Notes under the pieces: model-generated
Seen by the model: only the letters and a program-made list of their open reading frames with translations
The model's database searches: none
Told to the model about the DNA's origin: nothing
Program-made: the position numbers and the translations under genes
Assembly: GCF_018977255.1 (NCBI RefSeq)
Contig: NW_024704743.1
Location: 43,278,001-43,342,000, forward strand
Origin: Callorhinchus milii
Lineage: Eukaryota
Direction: 5' to 3'
Length of the DNA: 64,000 nt
Shown: piece by piece, positions 22,501 to 34,500 of the stretch
Position numbering within the stretch: the stretch's first letter is position 1
Layout of the letters: each line of letters opens with the position of its first letter

Positions 22501-25500
22501 ATACTTACCACAAACTTTTGTTTCTACCTTCAGTAGTGTTTCCGTGAGAAACTCCTTCAATTTAGGAAGGTTGCATTCATGAGGGCCTGTATTGTACGCA
22601 GCTTGTTCATGCCCGTGTAATGTCAGAGCTGGTGTTGAGGGAGCTTTTGTTCGGTTCCGCGCGCCTGAGTTAATCAGCTGTGCGGAGGGGATTGGGAGAG
22701 AGCAGAGGGGTACAGAGAAACGGTTTTATCCTGCTGTCTACGTGGGGCAGATCCATTCCTTGACTTTGTTTGCTTTTAAAACTCCCACACAGAACAAACT
22801 CTGGCATTTCACTCTGCCAACAGATTTAATAAAGCTATTGTTCCCGACTGGTGAGCACTGCCAAAATTTCCTTCTTAAATACCAAATTATGAACATTGGT
22901 GCCCAGTATTGTGAGCAAAATAGTACTTCAGCCTGGTTTTGTTTTATTGTGCATGAAATTCCAGAGGGAAGGGGGTGTTAGGGGCACGTATTCCGATCAG
23001 GTAAGAATGAAATCGTAATGAGATTAAACGAGATTAATAAAGAAGTGTTTATACACAGTTTGCTTATTTAAAGAACCTTTTAAAACGACAGAACAGCTCC
23101 CTCGTCTTAGCTGAGTATGGTGTCATACTGAAACAAATCCTGACCTTATACACAGTGCTTTATACCGTGATCAAAACGCTTCACAGGATTTGATGTAAAG
23201 CGGAGTGACTGTGTACTTTATAGGCAAAATTTAGCAGACAATTTTCACACAACAGTGTGAACGAAAACAGCACTGAAGTGAATGCTCCCAATTTTATCTG
23301 GAGGATCCTTGGCCAAGACACCAAGAGAAACTGACTTCTCTTTTCGAATAGAGCCATGGGATCTTTAACGTCCACCTGGATAGGCCGATGGGATGTCGGT
23401 TTAACATCTTATCTAAAGGATGCACCTCTGACAATGAAGCAATCCCCCAACCCCACATTGGGGTGTCAGTTCTAGCCTATGTGAGTTCAAAGTCCTAACA
23501 TAGGGCTTGATCCCACAAACTTCTGACTCCAAGGTGAGAGTGCTTTCACTGAACCAGGCTGAGATCTGAATGAAAGATGATTGAAAAGATGTTCAGGCCT
23601 CAGAACTGTAGGAGAACCTTTTTGAAACATATTCTATGAATATCAAGCTGATTCATTTTTATCATTTATGGAAATCCTGAAATTGATTTCATTGATTTTT
23701 CTCTTTGCTAATTTTTTTCCTTTCCTGATTCTGGTCAGGAATGACTGTCGTCCTGCTTGGCAGGAAGCCTCCGACACCTCAGCCAAAAGATCATTCTTCA
23801 CAGTGAGGCTGGATAGCAAGTCTTGCGGGCTATTCAACTCTACTGTAGGAGCCAATAGCCTAGTTTGATCCTATCCTCACCCGGGGCCCAGGAAGAGGAG
23901 GCTCTGGCTTGTGTTCAGGACCGTGTGGTCAATTTTAGTGCCTCTATGGAGATTTGCTGGCTTAAAATCCTCTTGGGATGTGGTTGACGATTTTTGAAAG
24001 CCAACGCAACATTTATCTGGTGTTTACGATTCGTGAACGTCTCAATCAGGAATTCTATTTTGTGTCTTTAAAAAAATGTTTCTGAAGTGCGATGTGCAAG
24101 GAAGGACTGGCTTTGGAAAACACAAGCCTTTCAGTGAGAGAAGTGCCTTTCAGGAGAAATCTTTAAAAGTGTGGAGGAGAAGGGGGAATGAGAGAGAGGA
24201 ACGTCAGACTGGCACAGTTCTAATGAGGCTTCTTTGGTGCTTGGTGTGAGGGGAAGTGTTGACTCCAGCTCCCATGAATACTCTGGAGGTAGTCCTTCTG
24301 AGTATCAGATCAGCAATCTGCGTATTATGTCCTTTTGCTTGCTTTCCTTCGTGTATTTGTCCTTTGCTTATTTTGGAACACACGTCTGATGTAGGAGCTG
24401 TGTGGAGCAGAGCTGTGCTCATTCCAGTTCTCATTGCTGGCTGCACCTTGTTTGCAGTGAACCACAAGAAGGTCCCTCCAAAACAAAGCGAAACCTCCGA
24501 AGTGTTCTTGAGTTGTGCATTTGTAGTCTAATTGACCTTTAGCTTTATGAATCCACCTCCTTCTTCAAGAATAGAACTGCAGCCTTTTGTTTCTTTCTAA
24601 TCTACTCTAAATTCAGGACTGTGTTGGTGAACTTTTCTTAATCCTTTTCCTTATCCTGGATTAAATCTGCAGTTATGGGCTCACCCTGTATTCTAGCTCT
24701 TTATAATAATCCTTAATAATCCTTGCATTTGATATAGTGCAGTATCGCTATGTGCTTTGTTGTTGAGACGTCTCAAAGCAATTCACAGAATATACTGTAA
24801 AGTGAGCTAACTATATATACTGTGGAGTCCTGTAGCTCAGTGGTTAGAGCATTCGCCTCGCAAGCGAGAGACCTGGGTTTGATTCCCAGCAGAGCAAAAT
24901 GTTGGGCAAGTTTCCTTACTCCACATGCCTCTGTTTACCTAGCAGTAAGTAAAGCGCTCTGAAACGCCGTCCGGCGTGGAGGCCGCTATATAAATCAAGT
25001 TGTTGTTGTTGAAAGTAGGATTCCGGTTGTTAGTCGATCGGCGGATCGCTTTTCCAAGGGTAATAATTCCTTCAGTTTTGTTTAAAAAAAAGAATAAATT
25101 GGTCTCTTCAATCCATGACTGTTTGTGGGGACGCTGCTGGGTGCAATTGGCTGCCGCATTTCGCCCACAAAATCTTCAGTCAATTCACTTTACAGTATAT
25201 TCCGTGAAGCGCTTTGAAACGTCTCGAAGACGTGATGAAGCGCTATATCAAATGTAAGGAATATTATTATTATTATTATTTTGCTGTCTATGTATGTGGT
25301 GCTGTTTTTTTTGTGATTGGAAGAGGGGACAATCTGGCGCCTTGTTGTCCTGGCTCAAGCCTTTTGATTCTCTATTTCCCCTTTCCCCCACCTGACTCCT
25401 GATTGCGTTGCCCGCCAGCACCTCGCCCACGTGCTCATTCATCATATGTAAGCCTAGAAGTCGAATGGATGGACCACTGTTTGTTCACCTGTTTACATTA

Positions 25501-28500
25501 AAGGAAAACTTACAAAAAGATTCAGTCACTAGGTCTGATTCTTCCACTTCTTTATTTAACACCAGCACAGTTTTTTGTGGCGTTTACTTATCCTGTCCAT
25601 TTTGAGAGATCATAAAGGAAGGGCTTACTTGTATCTCAGGTAGATTTACAGAATCTCCCTGAGCGATTAGCTCACTGGGGCAGCAATGAAAGTGGCAAAC
25701 TTGTTCTATGACGTCTGTTCACCAACACGTGCTTAACAAATTTCAAGCTTTTATTTCAAGCCCCAGGGAAAGAAGTTGGATTACTTGGTAATTAAAGTTG
25801 AATGTGAAGCTCTGTGTTCAGTTTTACTACCTGCTCCCTAGACTGCTGTTAAAGGCTCCCTTTTAATCTCTACTTGTCACAATTTTTCTCCCAATTTACG
25901 AGGATCCTCCTGGCTCACTTGAGAGCACTCTCACCTCTGATGAGTCAAAAGGTTGTGGGTTCAAGCCCTACATGGTGACTTTGAACTCACAATCTAGGCT
26001 GGGGCTCCTGTGCGATTCTGGGTGTGTCCATTTGATATGCACCACCCCTGTGAAAAAAAAGCGACCCCCACTCCCTCTCCGCTGCCCTGGAGTCATCTGA
26101 ACTCCAACCTCTCCGGGCTTCCTCTCCCCTGACTTATCCTCCACGCTCACTCTCCTCCACAGCTCCCTCTCCATCAGTCTCAATGCCCTTGCCCCTCTCA
26201 ACTTCCGAACCACCTCCTACTCATGGAAGTTACCCTGGTACACTAGCCACCTCTGCTTCCTCAAGGCACAGGTGAGTGCCGCTGAACGCACCTGTCTCAA
26301 ATCTAACTGTCCATTGGCAGATCTGGCTGGACAACATCAAAACTTACTGCTCCGCCTTCACCTCTGCTAAATCGGCGTTCTTCTCCAAGACAATCTTGGA
26401 GGCCAAAGACAACCCCAAGCGCTCTGAGACGCCATCCGACGTGGAGGGCACTATATAAATCCAAGTTGTTGTTGTTGTTACTCTTCTTCGCCACCAACCG
26501 GCTCTTCTGTCCACCCTGTCAAGCCTCGCCCATCCTCTCCTCCAACACCAACTGTGAGGTGATGCTGGACTTCCTCGAGACCAAAATCGAGGGGATCCAC
26601 TCAGCTGCCTCTGCCCTGCCAACTACTACCACGTCCCCATCTCCCCCTCACACCCCGGCTCCTACACATCACTTCATCCACATCTTCGAACCCTCTTATC
26701 TCATCACCACTACGTGACCCCATCTTCCCACCCTCGCCCGGCTCCACTGGCTTCCCGTCCCTCAGAGAATAGAGTTCAAAATTCTCATCCTCACCTTCAA
26801 GGCCCTCCATGGCCTTGCCCCTTCCTACTTCTGTGACCGGCTAACCCCTTATCAACCTTTTCTGCTCCCTCTGCTCAGCAACTCCGTCCTGCTCCACGCC
26901 CCATCATCCGCGGTCAGACCTTCACCCTCTCTGCTCCCACCCTTTGGAACTCCATCCCGCTCTCCCTTCGCCTTGCTTCCTCCCTTGCCCCCTTCAAGGG
27001 GCGTCTCAAGACCCTCCTCTTCGACCGTGCCTTTGACATCCTACTCTACCTGCCCTCCACCCCTTTTGATTCCCAAACCCCATCCCCCCACCTGACTGTC
27101 CAGTGCCGTGGGACATACTCCCGACGGGGAAGGTGCAATGCAAATGTAATTTGGTATTATATTGTAAGAGGTGCCAACCTTTGGATAAGACGTCAAACCG
27201 AGGTCCTGTCTGCCTGTTCAGGTGGATGTTAAAGATTCCGTGGCATTTTTTGAAAAGAGAAGGAATTTCTCCTTGTGTCCTGGCCAGCAATTCACCACAT
27301 TTAATTGGTCATTCACATCATGGCTGATTGTTGGGACATTGCTCTGCGTGAATTTGATGCTGATTTTGTCTACAAATCATACTATTTACATCTCTCTATT
27401 CTGAATAATAATTATATCCACCCTGTTTTCTATCCTTAAGAATTTATCTCATCTCCACCATTCCATTAATAGCATGTCTTCTGTGTGGCTCATATCAAAA
27501 GCCTTCTGACAGTCCACATGTACCACATCTACATCCTTATCTTCATCAATTCTCTGTTATTTTGCCTATGAAATATACATTCACTGCATTTTACAGTAAT
27601 TCCTGATAAGTGCCTATCAAATGCAAGGTTTATTAACACAACTTGAAAAATTCTCCTGCTCTGTTCATAGAGGCCAGGTGTTTGGTTCAAAATTGAGTGG
27701 GGGTGCGAAGGAGTGCATTGGGAAAAATTTCATGTGAGGGGATTTTTGTCTTTTTCAGATTGTTTCCCAGAGAATCAGCTCCGTGGACCTATCGTGCTGC
27801 AGTTTGGAGGCGCTGCCAAGTAATCTCTTTTACAGTCAGGACTTGACTCACCTGAACCTGAAACAGAACTTCCTTCGGCTGAAACCGTGTCTTGGAGCAA
27901 GTGGAGGTCTGAGCGACCTTCAGAGGTAACAGCCATACTAACTACCTGTGCTTAAACCACAGCATCTTGGGCTGTGGGTCTTTGGACTCGAGAAGCCCAT
28001 TTCTCTTAAAAATTTTTAAAAAATCCCTGGAGAAGTTAGGTTTGCTGTTGTGGGCGGGGGTGGGGGGGGGATGGAGAAAGAAAGTGACAGAGAAAGACTA
28101 AAGAGAGAGATGTGATTTTCCGCATTGAAATATGCCCAATAAATCCACAGTTTTTATAGTAGCTATAATATTTTCACTGTCGATTTTCAAATTGCAGTGG
28201 TCTTAGTTGTGTCCAGGTGGTGAATGTGCTGTCGAAGAGTGTCCAGCATTGCACTAGATTCACTTTCACAGAGTCATAGAATCCCAACAGCACAGAAGGA
28301 GGCCATTCGGTTAATCATGTTTGAAAGAGCTACCAACTAGCCCCAGTCCCCTGTAGCCCTGCAATTTTTTCTTTTCAAGTAAATATCCAATTCCCTTTTG
28401 AAAGCTATTTTTTAATGAATTAGATTCGCTTATGGGCAGTGAGTGTAACAAAAAGGCAGCGACTTTATGAATGGGAATGTTTGTTTCTCGGGCGAGTGGT

Positions 28501-31500
28501 GAATTGCTCTAATGCTTATCCGGTGGATAACTTGAGTACAGTAGACTATCAACTGCATTGCTACATACCCTACTACTAGCTTGGATTGGTGTAGGAGTCT
28601 GAGACAAATAGCAGGTGGCCGGCCTCTCAAAAGAGTCAAATTTTATTCTTTCCAAAAAATGTTTCATGCGCTTGAAGCCTATAATGTTTTTTTTAAAAAA
28701 ATAGAAAATAATGTTTTTCCAGTAAGTTGGAACCTCCTTAACTGACCCATGAGCTGCCAATGTCCAGCTGAGCCCACCTCGTTGCCACCAGTTTGCACAG
28801 GACTGATCTGCTAAAGCCTCCTCATGGAAGTGCATTTTCTTGTTGATAAATTCACGACAAACTCCCCTTTTCCCTCGTAAAGGACTATCGAGGGATTCAC
28901 AGAGACACTGCTCTTGTTGCCTGGCTACTCTCAGTGACCCTTGTCCTCTGTTATAGGCTGTGTGGCTCAGGGTTGCACCCGCCTGTGAGTTTATCCACGA
29001 TCTCCTCGGCAGTTACGTTTAGTGATTGAATTATCTTTGTTTACAAAACGTTTTTGTGAAGTCTCATATATATGCATTTGGCACAACAAGTGGAGCAGAG
29101 TCCCTGGAGTGGTACCGACCGCACAGAGCAATAGATATCCCATGTAACATTGTTTGGGAGGAGGGAGAAGAGTTGTGGGAAGGTTTGAAGGAGGGAAAGA
29201 TTGAGGGAAAAGCAGTAATTGGATTATGCAGTGGTGGATCATTCTTCACAACTCAAATCTGATTAAATCAACAGTGTTTTGTTTATTTTAGGGCGCACCT
29301 GTTTCCTCGCTTGTGTGCGTGTGAATGTGCAGGTGTGTTTGTATGTTACCTGTGTTTATCCACGTGCCTTTGTGTGCACTTCAGGTTTTGTTGCCCTTTT
29401 AGTGATTGTCAGCGTTACAGTCCAACAGTGGGTTGGGGGGTTGGTGGGGAGAGATTGCAGTTTCAAACACTGCTTTCACACGGATGCAGAAACGTCAGAA
29501 TCCGTTCAGCAGTGGAAGCAATTTCAGTCTGTTTTTTAAGACTTTCTTTCCCCGTGCATTTGATCTCTGACATTTGTCTAATCTATCATGCTCTCCAGTT
29601 ACTGTGCATAGCTGCTCCCCAGCTGAGTTTGTTGTTTTCGCTCCCAGGGGATTTCTAATGAAGGATAGTTATTAGCCGTTTCCATATTGAATAATTCCAA
29701 TGGTTTTACTGAAAGGCTTATTTACATACGGTTATACGATTGCTATAACCTTATTGCTTTCTCTTCGTTGATCTCAGCTATATAGACTCTGTGCAGTTGT
29801 GCTCTGGGATGGAGCTCGCTCCCCGTGAGGGAGGCGCTCGCATTCATTTGAATCCAATTAAAATAATTTTCTCACACATTTTCGACAAGGAAAAACATCA
29901 AAAACACAACTAATGACTGACATGCACAAAGGAACAAACCCAGCACTGAAATGAAAGTAAATTTACTTTTGATCTGATCAAAGCATCATTGGCGACCACA
30001 TTTTGATGCTCGGTTCTTGACAAGCCGCTTCTTACAGCCCGTTGCCAGCTTTTTAATCTAACCAGAACTAATAGACATTTAATTCAACCAGGATTGCAGC
30101 ATTTTCTGGAGTCCATTTGTATGTAATAAGTGGAAGGAAACTATAGAGATATAGCTTGCAAAATGAAAAACTCCGTTTTGCTGTGGTTAGCTTGGTTAAC
30201 ATTTTGAAAATGTGTAGTGACCCTTTGCACCGAAATCTGTGTGGGTGGATTCAATTTCATCTTCTACTGTGGATTTCCACCTGGTTATTGAGGATTTGTA
30301 GTTGGAGAGAGAGAGCACTGCCATACAGTTAACTGCTGGTGAAGAGCTCCTTTTATTTATTAGTCTTATCTAAACAAGAGCTGTTGAGTTGTTTGTTTTA
30401 GTAAACTTTGCTAAACTACTGACTCAAGGAGAGTACAATGCAGGGTCTCTCAACATGCTGATAGCTGCATGTTTATTTGTTTTGAGGAGACGAGGAAAGA
30501 ACATCGGCTTCAGGTATTCACTTCAGTGTCTTCCTGTCTTCGGGGCATCGTAATGTGTGGATCTCCTGTATTCAGGAAGTGCGAGCATTTCTGAACTCAG
30601 AAGATTGTGGCTAATATATTTTGCTTATATTCAAAAGAAAACATCCTCCTTTATTTTGTTGGCGTGTTGGGCGCTGGCATCTCTTGTGTGTATGCGAGTT
30701 TGTGTGTGCATCATAATATATCATCATTGCTGAACTGCCAATTAAATAAAAGAATCACCACTCACTTATCCTGGATATGGCTCGCAAATGACGTACTTAA
30801 TTTGCAACCAATGCAGAAATTGAGCCAGTTAGAATTGGCAGCTACCAGGCGGGAATGCCTACAATTTGCCCATAAACTGAATATATCCCACGACTGGCAT
30901 TTTAGAGTCTTGCTGATTTGTAGGCAAATGTTACAGTATCACTGTTTATGTGAAGGTCTTGAGGGATGTGCGTTCTCTGAGGTCAATTTGCTCTCTCACA
31001 ATTTGACGCACATCCCAGTATTAACTGTTCCCCAAATTGAGAATAATCCACAGTTGCTGGGTTAGCAGGCTTGTGTTCACAGGAGCCTGTGTTGGGTTTC
31101 CTCTGGCTTGCACAAAGAGATCATTGGTTTCAGTGTAATTTGTTCAGGAATGGTTATTGCTTTACTGCTTCAGCCTCAACTGACAAGGTTGTCAGTGCTG
31201 TATAGGCTCAAGCTACGTGCGTCAGCTGTTCTCTTCAGGCAGGTCAAGGGAGTGTACATCCATTTTTTATGGATTGAAATCCATGAGTAGATTTATTTGT
31301 TTTGTGCCTAGAAAATAAAACGGCTTCTAGCATTTTGGAAAGGTTTCATTTTACAATAGATTTTTTTTTCATTTTTGTTTACCCGTATCTACTGTTCCGG
31401 GCCTCATGCACATATGTTTCACAAAAGGAGCTCCTATCTCAGTGATAACTGACTGACTCCACTTTGCAGAAGAGCATCTGTTTTCCCTAAATATATACAC

Positions 31501-34500
31501 CAACACACTAGGTGTCCAAACCGGCTGCACCTCCCAGTCTTCCTATCTATTTAAAGTGGTTAGCATGCTCGCTTCGCAAGCGAGAACACCCGTGTTTGAG
31601 TATTGGGTAGGTTGAAACCTTAGACAAATTTCTTTGCTCCACACATCTATGTTTACCTAGCAATAAATAGAACCTGGTTTGGTCACTCAATCCACAACCA
31701 TTTCTGGGACACTCCTCTGCGCAATTGGGTGCCGTATTTCGCACATAAAATACACTGTCAATTCACTTTACAATATATTCTGTGAAAGGCTTTGGGACGT
31801 CTCCATGATGTGATAAAGCATTATATTATATGCAAGTATTATTAGTAAAGAAAAGGTGATTTAGAAACAAACAGATGAATTATCCTAATAAGCTTTGCAT
31901 TTCTTGCAGTGCCTCTCATGTCGAGAGAATCTCATGAAATTCTCATGCAATTGGCTGTCACTTCGCCGACAAAATATAAATTCAATTCACTTTACAGTAT
32001 ATACTGCGAAGCACTTGGAGACACTTCAACTCAACTACGTGATAAGGTGCTACATCGCATGCAGATTATTATATTACTTGGTACATATTTAAGAGGGTGG
32101 GGGGGAGGAACACTGATCAGTCCTGTCCAGTGACAGAGACAGTGTCCGTTTTGGTGCTGAAAGGAATTTCCCTGGACATGTCGCACAGCAGTTAACTCTC
32201 CTTCTCTTGGCCCCCACCCATGGCTTAATGAGCAATGGGTGACTCTGAATCATGCAGAAGAAGGATAGTTATGATTCAATTTCTGATCTTTGCTGAGTTA
32301 GGCAATAATAGGAATATGAATGAATGCATTTCAGTACATCTTTCAGCTTTAAGTCCGAACTGCTAGAGCTTCATATTTGTACATCAAAAGAACAGCTGCC
32401 AGAGTTCCTCTATCTTGGCAGGATATTTTTGGCTGTTTTGGAACATATCAAACAAAATCCTAGAATTGGTGATTAATGCGATACAATTTTATTTGCTGAG
32501 TATTTCATTGAAGTAATCTCGTGGGCAGAGTGTAGGCGCATAAGATGTATAGCCCAATGTGTTTTGTCCTCCCTCCACTTTTCCTCTATGGAATATTTTG
32601 ATCAGATAATGCATTTTATGGTGCAATTTGTACTCTACATGTTACGTTAGTGCCAATCGCCCAACCCTACCGACCAGCCCGCTCCCTTCACTCAGTGAAC
32701 ACTGGCCTGCTTCATGTCCCCCACCAACAGTGGGTCAGCTTTGTCATTCTACTCCTGATTCCTGGAACTCCATCCTGGTTGCAGCTCTTCGTCTCTCCAC
32801 CCTCTTCAGCTCCCCCCTCTTCTCTCCTCTCCACCGCTCCCCCCTCTTCTCTCCTCTCCACCGCTCCCCCCATCCACCGGCTTCGGTGTCCAATCAACTG
32901 TGTAAAGCACTGTGAGACTTCCTCCTGATGTGAAGGATGCTATATAGGTGTAAATTGTATTATTTAAATCAATAAAATGTGGTGCAAAAAAATTAGGGTG
33001 TTGGCTGCTTGGCAGACAGTAGCACTGGGAACATTGACTGGTTTTCGCCTCTAAACCAAGAGCATTGGGGTTAAATGCAGCACACCAAGTGTTGCCCTGG
33101 CAGGGTGGGCTGATGCAATACATACCTCCAGTCTGTGGGGCCTCTACTATCTATTTCTCTGTTCTCTGTGCTGTTCTAGGCTCTGTGCAGCACCATAGGA
33201 GGTCTTTCCGTCGTGAAGGGTGCTATACAAGTATCATTTGTTGTTGTTTTTACCCGAGTTTCGGGGAAGGCGTGGAGTGGATGCCAGGAACCGCTTCTCT
33301 GTTGCCTTCTCGCTCCTGTTATCCCACCTCAAAAAGAATGCTGATGAGAGTAATGCAGACCGATGTGTAAATTACCTGTGGGCAATTGGCTGCCATGTTT
33401 TGCTCAAAAAATACTGTGAAGCGCCTTGAAACGTCTCAACGATGTGATAAGCGCTCTGAGACACTACCTTGCATGGGGACTCTATATAAGTGCAAGTTAT
33501 TGTTGTTGTTGATAGGAGGCTATATTGAATGCAAGGATTATTATTATTAAAATGAGGAAAGGGGAGTGGGAGAGGGAGTATTACAAAATAACTACAAAGA
33601 GAACAAATATGCAGGATATTTCATTTTATTGAATGAACTTATTTTATTCTCTGTCTCTCGTCATCCCTCTGTAAATTTTCACTTCAGGTTCATGAAGTTG
33701 AGAAGTCTGAATTTGTCCAATAATCACATGGGAGAGTTTCCTCTCGCTCTCTGTGATATTCCAACGCTTTCGGAGCTCAACCTTTCCTGCAACGCCCTCC
33801 GATCGATCCCACCGGCAGTCGGCAACATGAATAAGTAAGTAGCCGCGTTGAGAGCAGAGTCTGTCTCGGAATAGCAGAGCCCGCAGAAAAGCGACAGAAC
33901 AGCTGATGTTAACTCTTGTGTTTTAACTCACTCTTTCTCTCTTCTTCTGAAATGCAGCTTGCAGACTTTTTTGCTGGACGGCAACTCCCTGCAGTTTCTC
34001 GCCCCAGAGCTGGCAAATCTGCAGCAGCTGACGTACCTGAGCCTGTCCTTTAACCAATTCACACACATTCCAGCCGTGCTGGAGAAACTAACCACTGTGG
34101 AGAAGCTGTGCATGTCCGGCAATGGCCTGGAGACCCTGAGCCTGCAGAAGGTGGGCAGGATGCCACACATCAAACAAGTAGATTTAAGGTAGATAATAAT
34201 GTAGGTATTTGTACAAAATTCAATGCGGGGGAGGGAAGAGATGTAAATGAGTTGGTTCACAATGAAGCAATTCTCTCGTCACAACTAACAAGATCACAAG
34301 AGTGATTTGGGTGAAAAAGGCCTTTTGGCTAATTTCTCATCCTTTTTTGGAGTATTTCCACCCCACCCCACATCCTCCCATCAGGGCATTAAGCTGTTTC
34401 TCTTGTGAGCACTCCCTCATGGCCTGAACCACCATTCCTGCTGTTGACTGCCCTCTGAGCAAAGAAATGCTTCCTGGTGTCTGTCCTGAACTTACTCTTT

